64,000 nt of DNA from an uncultured Candidatus Saccharibacteria bacterium (lineage in GTDB: Bacteria; Patescibacteriota; Minisyncoccia; Phycocordibacterales; UBA918). The notes beneath the pieces were generated by a model that made no database searches, had not been told where the DNA came from, and saw only the letters and a list, made by a program, of their open reading frames with translations. Below are positions 57,087-64,000 of the stretch, in pieces (position 1 is the first letter of the stretch; each line of letters begins with the position of its first letter). The position numbers were made by a program, and so were the translations under genes. The DNA is taken from assembly GCA_964552045.1 (NCBI GenBank), contig CAZKFF010000005.1:34302-98301 (forward strand), read 5' to 3'.

Positions 57087-57992
57087 TCACTCTTTCATCG
57101 CCTCCATGCCTCCAGTGATCTCTGAGACCTCGGCAGTGATGGCTGCCTGGCGCTGCTTGTTGTACTGGAGGGTGAGCGCCCGCGCCACTTCTTTGGACTT
57201 GTCGGTTGCATTCTTCATGGCAACCATGCGCGCAGAATGCTCGCTTGCTTTGCTTTCTATGAGCGCATGATAGAGCATGATCTGTACTAATAGCGGGATG
57301 AGCGCATCAAGAACCTCCTCTGACGAAGGCTCGATGGTATAGAGGATCTGTCCATCTCCTGGCACGTCCTCATCGCTCCATTTGCCGTTCTTTGGACGTA
57401 TGCCTTGCATGATGTAATGGATCTCAGCAGGGTCAAGCGGCAGTATCTGGCGCTGTGTCGGATCCTGTTCAAATGTCGAGATGAAGTTCTGATAGAGGAC
57501 ATGGACGGTCCTGTATACGCCGCTCGCAAAACTATCGACGATACGTGCGGACATCTCGCGGACATCAGCGAGAACAACGTCATCGCTCACGTTAGTGAAT
57601 GATGCGAGGATCGTCTTCTTTTCACGATTGGCATATTCAAATGCTTTACGGCCGATGCATATGACATCCGCTTCAGCCGCCGTCCTGAAGAGTTCGTCGG
57701 CTCTTTTGAGCACAGCGCTGTTGACGCTTCCAGCGAGACCCTTATCGCTGGTGACAATAACGACAAGCATCTTTCCAGAATCTCTCTTTTGTGCGAACGG
57801 GTGCGAAAGGCCGTCCTGAGATTCTGAAAGCCGCTGCAGGATACGCAGCGCCGAATGCACATATGGTCGGCCGACAAACGCTTTCTGCTGGCTCTTGCGC
57901 ATCTTCACCGCAGACACGGCCTCCATTGCCTTGGTCACTTTGCCGGTCTTCTGGGTTGCGAGTATTTTGTTTTTGATCTGCTTGAGCGCCAT
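57087..57992 (-). CDS. atpG: F1 ATP synthase gamma subunit
   Basis: 301 aa with N- and C-terminal coiled-coil helices in the gamma pattern. Confidence 0.9.
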   Translation of the reverse strand: MALKQIKNKILATQKTGKVTKAMEAVSAVKMRKSQQKAFVGRPYVHSALRILQRLSESQDGLSHPFAQKRDSGKMLVVIVTSDKGLAGSVNSAVLKRADELFRTAAEADVICIGRKAFEYANREKKTILASFTNVSDDVVLADVREMSARIVDSFASGVYRTVHVLYQNFISTFEQDPTQRQILPLDPAEIHYIMQGIRPKNGKWSDEDVPGDGQILYTIEPSSEEVLDALIPLLVQIMLYHALIESKASEHSARMVAMKNATDKSKEVARALTLQYNKQRQAAITAEVSEITGGMEAMKE

Positions 57993-58001
57993 GCTTGTTT
58001 T

Positions 58002-59585
58002 TTATGCGTAGAACATTTGATGCGATTCCTTGAATGAAGCGATCGCTGTATTGAGTGCAGTGACAACATCGTCGGTAAGTTCCCGTCCGGCCTCTATTGT
58101 CGTGAGCACATCCTTGTGATCCCGCTGCAGGTACGACAAGAATGCCTCTTCAATATCCTGTGTCTTCTCAACCGGTGCACCGTTGAAAATGCCGTTATTA
58201 GCCGCATAGATCGCTACCGCCTGCAGAAAGAATGGGGTTGGGTTTCCCTGCTTCTGTTTCAGCAGCTCAACGTATTTCCGTCCGCTTTCGATGCGCTGTT
58301 TGGTGTCCTCATCAAGATCGGATGCGAACTGCATGAAGGCCTCAAGCTCACGGAACTGCGCGAGCTCAAGCTTGATCTTTCCCGATACCTTCTTCATGGC
58401 CTTTGTCTGTGCAGAGGAACCCACGCGTGACACGGAATTCCCCACATTGATCGCCGGGCGCACACCTTTGTTGAAGAGGTCGGTCTCAAGGAATATCTGT
58501 CCGTCGGTGATCGAGATCACGTTCGTCGGAATATATGCGGAGATATCGCCCTCCTGTGTCTCAATGATCGGCAGCGCGGTTATCGAACCTCCCCCGAGCT
58601 CCTTTGAGAGCGTCGCTGAGCGTTCAAGCAACCGGGAATGGAGATAGAAGATATCCCCTGGATATGCTTCACGTCCGGGCGGACGGCGCAGAAGGAGCGA
58701 CATTTGTCGGTATGCATTTGCATGCTTTGAGAGATCGTCGAATACCACGAGTACATCCTTCCCCTGCTGCATGAAGTATTCACCAATGGCAGCGCCGGCA
58801 AAAGGTGCCAAAAAGAGCATCGGGGACGCCTCTGATGCCGAAGTCGCAACAATAGTGGTGTAGTCCATGGCGCCGGCTTCTTCCAGTTTCGCCATGATGC
58901 TTGCAGTCTTTGATCGTTTTTGTCCGATAGCTACGTAAATGCAGATAGGGCGCTTCTCCTTCGGCTCATATTTCTGGTTGATGATCGTATCAATGGCAAT
59001 GGTTGTCTTGCCGGTGCCTCGGTCGCCGATGATAAGCTCACGCTGCCCACGCCCAATCGGGATCATGGCATCGATCGCTTTGATGCCGGTGTGTATCGGC
59101 TCGTTTACGGCAGAGCGTTCCATCACCCCGTATGCAACTCGCTCGATCGGCATATCTCTCTCCGCTTTGATTGTACCCTTGCCGTCGATGGCTTCACCGA
59201 GCGGCGAAACCACACGGCCAATGATGTCTTCGCCTACCGGGATCGAGAGCAGCTTCCCTGTCCGCGACACCCGCATGCCTTCTTTCACGCGACTGCTTTC
59301 ACCGAGCACCACCACTTTCACCGTATCCTCTTCGAGGTTGAGTACCAGCCCAAAAAGCGCTTCCTTTTTTTGGAGCGTCGCTTCAAGGGTTTGCCCCTGC
59401 GCATCATCAAAGACCACCATCTCCATCATTTGCGCCTGCTGCAGACCCTGGATCTCAGCGATACCGTCGCCGACAGCGATCACGCTGCCGACCTCAGAGA
59501 CAGTTTCCGGTGCTGTATTGATGTGCTCGATCTCTTTTTTTATGCGTTCAATAATTGCTGTACTCATACTGGTGGTGTTACTCAA
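58002..59585 (-). CDS. atpA: F1 ATP synthase alpha subunit
   Basis: P-loop GDRGTGKT. 527 aa. Confidence 0.96.
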   Translation of the reverse strand: MSNTTSMSTAIIERIKKEIEHINTAPETVSEVGSVIAVGDGIAEIQGLQQAQMMEMVVFDDAQGQTLEATLQKKEALFGLVLNLEEDTVKVVVLGESSRVKEGMRVSRTGKLLSIPVGEDIIGRVVSPLGEAIDGKGTIKAERDMPIERVAYGVMERSAVNEPIHTGIKAIDAMIPIGRGQRELIIGDRGTGKTTIAIDTIINQKYEPKEKRPICIYVAIGQKRSKTASIMAKLEEAGAMDYTTIVATSASEASPMLFLAPFAGAAIGEYFMQQGKDVLVVFDDLSKHANAYRQMSLLLRRPPGREAYPGDIFYLHSRLLERSATLSKELGGGSITALPIIETQEGDISAYIPTNVISITDGQIFLETDLFNKGVRPAINVGNSVSRVGSSAQTKAMKKVSGKIKLELAQFRELEAFMQFASDLDEDTKQRIESGRKYVELLKQKQGNPTPFFLQAVAIYAANNGIFNGAPVEKTQDIEEAFLSYLQRDHKDVLTTIEAGRELTDDVVTALNTAIASFKESHQMFYA

Positions 59586-59591
59586 TAATAA

Positions 59592-59978
59592 TTATGTGGT
59601 GATGGACTGATAAAGCGAGACAAGCCTCTCTTTATATGACCGGTTGATAAGTTTTCCGTCATGTGCAGCGATAAAGCCGCCGATGATACTCGGATCCACA
59701 GTGACAGCCGCCTCCTCAGCGTTGCCCCCAAGTGTGCCAAGTGCTGCACTCAGAGCGCTTCGAAGCTTCCGTAGATCAGTTTCTTTTGCAACGACAATTG
59801 AAGACGAGTGTAGCGCTTCTCTGTGTAGGAGTTCGCGTTCTGCGCCCTTAAGTATTCGCGTATGCAGCTGTTCATGTCCGTTCTTTACGAGCACTGTTTT
59901 GAGATTTCCAAGCACAACATCAACATCACTGCCCTGCAGCAAAAGTGAAACAACGGCTGTGATGTAATGTTTTTCCAT
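59592..59978 (-). CDS. atpH: ATP synthase delta (OSCP) subunit, shortened
   Basis: 128 aa with the C-terminal motif DPSIIGGFIAAHDGKLINRS. The N-terminal helical bundle is reduced. Operon position fits. Confidence 0.62.
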   Translation of the reverse strand: MEKHYITAVVSLLLQGSDVDVVLGNLKTVLVKNGHEQLHTRILKGAERELLHREALHSSSIVVAKETDLRKLRSALSAALGTLGGNAEEAAVTVDPSIIGGFIAAHDGKLINRSYKERLVSLYQSITT

Positions 59979-59980
59979 GG

Positions 59981-60466
59981 TTATGATGTTTTTTCAGCAA
60001 GGATCTTCTCAGCAGTGAGGATCGCCATTTTTGCAATCTCTGCCTCGCTTTCCTTCAGCGCCTGCTCTTTAAGAAGCGCGCTCTTTGCCTCAGCGTCTTT
60101 GAGGACGTCAGAGGCTTTCGCATGCGCAGCATTGACGATCTCCTCTTCTGTTTCCTTCGCAAACGCTTTGGCGCGAGCATCAATCTGTTGTGCTTCCTTC
60201 TGCGCCTGGGTCAGTACCGCCTGTTTCTCCTCAAGGGCTGATGCCTTGGCAACTGCTGCCACCTCCGCATCCTTAATGCCTTGCTTGATCATTTCTTCAC
60301 GGTCATTGAGGAGTTTGAGAACTGGTTTATAGAGGAAGTACGACAAAGCCGCCAGGAGCACAACGAAGTTGATGATCTGGACAATAATGAGCTTTATGTC
60401 GATGCCGAAGGCGTGAATAAGTTGTTCCATACGTAATTTCGCAGTTACGCGACATTGATCGGTCAT
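59981..60466 (-). CDS. atpF: Fo ATP synthase b subunit
   Basis: Single N-terminal TM plus a long Ala/Glu/Lys-rich helix. Confidence 0.75.
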   Translation of the reverse strand: MTDQCRVTAKLRMEQLIHAFGIDIKLIIVQIINFVVLLAALSYFLYKPVLKLLNDREEMIKQGIKDAEVAAVAKASALEEKQAVLTQAQKEAQQIDARAKAFAKETEEEIVNAAHAKASDVLKDAEAKSALLKEQALKESEAEIAKMAILTAEKILAEKTS

Positions 60467-60536
60467 GTCTGAAAGTCTCCTTAGAACGGAAGACCCTTAG
60501 ACATCTGCATGATCAAAAGCCGCTTCCGCTCCTTGA

Positions 60537-60821
<285 letters not shown>

Positions 60822-60870
60822 CTATTAACGGACAAACATGAGCCAACGACTGCGGGCTCATTCTCACCCA

Positions 60871-61650
60871 TTAATGATGCGGTTGCGCCACCGCGAGCTT
60901 GATGAAGATGAGCGTCAGGAACGCGAACACCCCCGCCTGAATGAATCCGACGAACAATTCGTACGCCATGATCGGCACCGGAAGGACAAATGGCATAAAA
61001 AACAGAGCGACAGTGAGCAGCGTCTTGCCGGCGAAGATATTACCGAACAGACGAAATGAGAAGGAGATGATGCGCCCGAGCTCGCTGATGAGCTCGATGA
61101 TACCGACAATGAAATTGAGCGGCGAGGAGAAATTGATGAACTTGCTGCCATACTTGAACGCGCCAAGCGCCATGATGCCTGCCGCCTCAATGACAAACAT
61201 GGATATGAATGCGAATGCGAGCGTGATATTGAGGTCGGTCGCCGGGGGATAGAACAGCGGGATCAGGTGCGACTCCTCGCCATGGCCTTCAAAAAAGCCG
61301 ACAGAAGTGACCCCCGGCAGAAGGCCCGTAAGATTCATGACAAGCAGTGCGAGGAAAATGGTCATCAGGATCGGAAAATATTTCCGTGCCAATTCCCTGC
61401 TCTCGAACGTAGATTCCACATACGCATATACACCGCCAATGATAAGCTCCACAATGCTCTGAAACTTCCCCGGGATGAGTGTCAGCTTATTGCGCAGGAA
61501 AAAGGCGCCGACAATCAGAACGAGCATTGCCGCCCATGTAGTAAGGAGCGTCGCCGTAATAGGTAGTGATCCGATATATCCGACGACATACGGTGAAAGT
61601 TTCACCGAGATACCCTCTGCAGCATGTGCTGTCTGTATGAAATCAAGCAT
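60871..61650 (-). CDS. atpB: Fo ATP synthase a subunit
   Basis: 259 aa polytopic protein with the conserved Arg helix (FRLFGNIFAG). Confidence 0.85.
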   Translation of the reverse strand: MLDFIQTAHAAEGISVKLSPYVVGYIGSLPITATLLTTWAAMLVLIVGAFFLRNKLTLIPGKFQSIVELIIGGVYAYVESTFESRELARKYFPILMTIFLALLVMNLTGLLPGVTSVGFFEGHGEESHLIPLFYPPATDLNITLAFAFISMFVIEAAGIMALGAFKYGSKFINFSSPLNFIVGIIELISELGRIISFSFRLFGNIFAGKTLLTVALFFMPFVLPVPIMAYELFVGFIQAGVFAFLTLIFIKLAVAQPHH

Positions 61651-61889
61651 AGTTCGTGCAAATCCGAGCGCTTAAAATCTAGCGTATTCCCGCGGCAATT
61701 CGGGACAAATGAAGATTTAAATTGCTCATACAATTTAAGGCTCTGTTGTCCAAAATTACCGTTGCCAGGCGGGCAAAATAGATTTTAAATCACTCTATTT
61801 GCGCCGGTATAGTACCACATAAAACGCAGAAATAACAATGTCCTGGGGATATGCAAAAAATGCTATATATACGCTATAATTGGCAGCCT

Positions 61890-62585
61890 ATGGCATATAC
61901 GCATCTCTTTTTTGATATGGATGGCACGGTCACGCCGAGCCGAAGCAAAATAGATCCGCAGATGAAGGAACTCCTCGGGGAGCTGCCGGCAACCATTGCG
62001 GTCATCTCAGGTTCGCATAACGATCAGATGAATTTCCAGATGGATGGGCTTCCCGTCATACGGATGGGACAGAACGGCAATCATGTCATCCATCCGGAAC
62101 GCGGAGAACTCTGGTACGACAAACTTACTGATACGGAAAAAGAAGAGATCATGGCGCATGCGAACAAAGTATGGGCCGCGTGCGATCATACTGTCCCCGA
62201 CCCGAACGACATCTTTGAGGATCGCGGCTCACAGATCTCACTAAGCTTGTACGGCCATCATGCTGACCCAACAGAAAAGAAAGCGTTTGATGGCGATTTC
62301 GTCAAGCGGAAAGCACTCCTGGAACGATTCCCCTTTCACTCGGACAATATGGAGGCGAAGCTCGGAGGGAGCACCTGTATTGACTATTTCCGCAAAGGAA
62401 AGAACAAAGGGTACAATATCAACCGGCTGATCATGCACATGGGCTGGAGTAAAGAAGATTGCATCTTTTTCGGCGACGCGCTATTCCCGGGAGGCAATGA
62501 CGAGTCAGTCATTGGCGTCATACAGACTGTCACAGTGATTGATCCGGAAGACTGTTACAACAAACTTGTTGAAATGTTCAAATAA
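61890..62585 (+). CDS. HAD-IIB hydrolase, eukaryotic-type phosphomannomutase-like
   Basis: LFFDMDGTVTPSRSKIDPQMKELL...IAVISGSHNDQM parallels PMM (FDVDGTLT..R..I...M..FL......VVGGSD). A TATAAT sits 13 nt upstream of the ATG, suggesting a short-leader or leaderless mRNA. A 13-codon upstream extension in the track ORF is rejected. Confidence 0.6.
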   Translation: MAYTHLFFDMDGTVTPSRSKIDPQMKELLGELPATIAVISGSHNDQMNFQMDGLPVIRMGQNGNHVIHPERGELWYDKLTDTEKEEIMAHANKVWAACDHTVPDPNDIFEDRGSQISLSLYGHHADPTEKKAFDGDFVKRKALLERFPFHSDNMEAKLGGSTCIDYFRKGKNKGYNINRLIMHMGWSKEDCIFFGDALFPGGNDESVIGVIQTVTVIDPEDCYNKLVEMFK

Positions 62586-62745
62586 AAGTGACTTCAGTGC
62601 TCAAAATGCAAAGGCTGGACTTCTCCCGCCTTTTGTCTGTGATCATTATACGACAAAGTCCGAACCCATTTCCTGCAGAACCCAGAATGATTGAGTGCTG
62701 GCTCCCCAAGCAAACACCATAAGAATCAACATGAAGGCATTACAT

Positions 62746-64000
62746 TCATTTAATTGCCCAGATTATTCTGTACGAAGCCTTTGCTAAATCTTGTGCTCTC
62801 TCATTTATCTCTTTACGTCCCCACTCCCCACTAGTTTTTTCAAAATCCTCCACAAAATTTGTCACATACCTAAATTTTTTTCCAAATTCTTTCAATAATT
62901 TAATTTTTTGGTACGGGGGCTTATTTTGCAATTTCGAGTTTGTATGTCTCGCAATAATAAATAAGTTCCCAATATTATTAACCACCGCCATGTCTTCAGC
63001 ACTTACCTCATAGTCAGGGTTTTGAGGTAGGAAATGTTCTGTATTGTAGTGATTTACAAGAATTGTCTTGTCAGGATCAAAAATAGTGACCCACTCACTC
63101 GGGGACATATCGACATTATTTATACGATCGAAAATATAGCACGTATCAGAAAGCGCTAATGATGTGTAGTCAAGCTCAATAAACCGGGAAATGAACTCTT
63201 GTTCAGTAGCTAGTTTATCTTTTAGTAGTGCAATAAAGTCATTTCCGATTGACAAAAAATCATCTGATTTTTCAAAAGCTGAGCAAAACTCTGCATATGG
63301 CTTTTCGATCTCATTACCTACACGATCACAAATCTGATTGTTTATGAAGTGATACTTTTCGATATTGCACAAAAGTCTGAGGTACATCTTTGTATGAGCA
63401 TCAGTCTCGCCTGCTCTTTTATAGGCTTTCGTTATTGAATAGATTAAAGGTATGTGCTGAGTAATCTTAAAGTGATTTAATCCACGCAAACAAGAAATAA
63501 CTCTTTCTAAATAACCCTTATTACCTCTTACCGTTGCGCAATCAATTTCCTTAAACCATTCTTTAATAAGTTCAGGCTCTGCGTTGCTAACGGCATCAAA
63601 ATAGAGTGAAAAATCGAACAAGTCTTCTGTAAGTTGGATGGCCCCTCCAGAACTTCCGAGAGCCTTTAATTTTCTGTATAAATCCTTCTTCGTAGTTGCC
63701 CCATGCTTTGCTACCCAGAAATATTTAAGCATTCTCTGCAGGAGAGAACCGGCATGAGATATTATCTCTTCCCATTTCTCTTCTATAAATTTTTCATCAT
63801 TATTTTGATATAAGTAATTTTTTAAAAGATCAGCAACATTGAGGGATAGACCACGGGCGTTTGTTCTCTCAAATATGTCAAAGGCCTCAAGTTCGTCAGC
63901 TATATCTATCTGGATTACATATGTTGAATATACAATTTTCAGAAAATTGCTAAGCTCGTCCTTTGTAAAGACACTTATCTCTTCTGCCATATACGCATAG
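62746..64000 (-). CDS. GmrSD-like DUF262/DUF1524 nuclease (type IV restriction-like), N-terminus beyond the window edge
   Basis: FERTNARGLSLNVADLLKNYLY is the C-terminal part of DUF262, and EHFLPQN is the His-Me-finger motif of DUF1524. The N-terminal DGQQR region is missing and the reading frame stays open to the window end. Local GC is about 38%. Confidence 0.6.
   Translation of the reverse strand, partial: YAYMAEEISVFTKDELSNFLKIVYSTYVIQIDIADELEAFDIFERTNARGLSLNVADLLKNYLYQNNDEKFIEEKWEEIISHAGSLLQRMLKYFWVAKHGATTKKDLYRKLKALGSSGGAIQLTEDLFDFSLYFDAVSNAEPELIKEWFKEIDCATVRGNKGYLERVISCLRGLNHFKITQHIPLIYSITKAYKRAGETDAHTKMYLRLLCNIEKYHFINNQICDRVGNEIEKPYAEFCSAFEKSDDFLSIGNDFIALLKDKLATEQEFISRFIELDYTSLALSDTCYIFDRINNVDMSPSEWVTIFDPDKTILVNHYNTEHFLPQNPDYEVSAEDMAVVNNIGNLFIIARHTNSKLQNKPPYQKIKLLKEFGKKFRYVTNFVEDFEKTSGEWGRKEINERAQDLAKASYRIIWAIK

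Noticed and set aside
61892-63999. 11-nt direct repeat CATATACGCAT at the PMM-like gene start (61892-61902) and at the window end (63989-63999), considered as a possible target-site duplication flanking the AT-rich GmrSD gene.
   Set aside because: Hundreds of 11-mer coincidences are expected by chance in 64 kb. The repeat also encloses the native-GC PMM gene, which argues against an insertion boundary.

Overview
This 64-kb window reads as a compact block from a small-genome bacterium. Likely lineage is CPR/Patescibacteria-like, judged from archaeal-type AspRS, a pyruvoyl arginine decarboxylase, eukaryotic-type PMM, truncated AlaRS, short ATP-synthase delta/epsilon subunits and many bitopic hypothetical proteins. 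About 95% of genes lie on the minus strand and most are housekeeping.

Gene content by position (all minus strand unless noted):
- **1–5 kb:** partial ftsW (found by manual translation, cut at the window edge), mraY, a DD-carboxypeptidase, scpB/scpA and an M29 aminopeptidase.
- **5–13 kb:** aspS preceded by a T-box leader, trpS, an orphan sensor kinase, a purD-like ATP-grasp gene coupled to pdaD and an EamA transporter, and an IMPACT/YigZ protein.
- **13–22 kb:** dnaJ-dnaK-grpE with no hrcA or CIRCE, a 550-nt hairpin-rich spacer, then rpsI-rplM and rplQ-rpoA-rpsD-rpsK-rpsM-rpmJ-infA (rpmJ found manually).
- **22–29 kb:** a bitopic hypothetical plus an actin-like ATPase, an LD-carboxypeptidase, an AT-rich islet, and alaS.
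- **29–37 kb:** a membrane protein, an M16 peptidase pair, a small alarmone hydrolase (HD), a coiled-coil protein, a Cas4-like 4-Cys PD-(D/E)xK nuclease, a secreted protein, an ATP-cone–Mrr nuclease start/stop-coupled to mnmA, and mltG.
- **38–49 kb:** a 450-aa membrane protein, a sigma70-region-4 protein, leuS, several hypotheticals, a DUF3467 gene on plus, a HIT protein, ychF, a PAS histidine kinase and two flavin reductases.
- **50–64 kb:** an RND efflux pair on plus, the F1Fo ATP-synthase operon atpBEFHAGDC, a PMM-like HAD hydrolase on plus, and an AT-rich partial GmrSD-like (DUF262/DUF1524) gene at the right edge.

I saw no rRNA, tRNA or CRISPR array. Start codons generally lack Shine-Dalgarno motifs.

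The most interesting candidates are the T-box on archaeal-type aspS, the eamA-pdaD-purD-like cassette, the two-nuclease plus alarmone-hydrolase cluster around 32.5–36 kb, and the two AT-rich islets.
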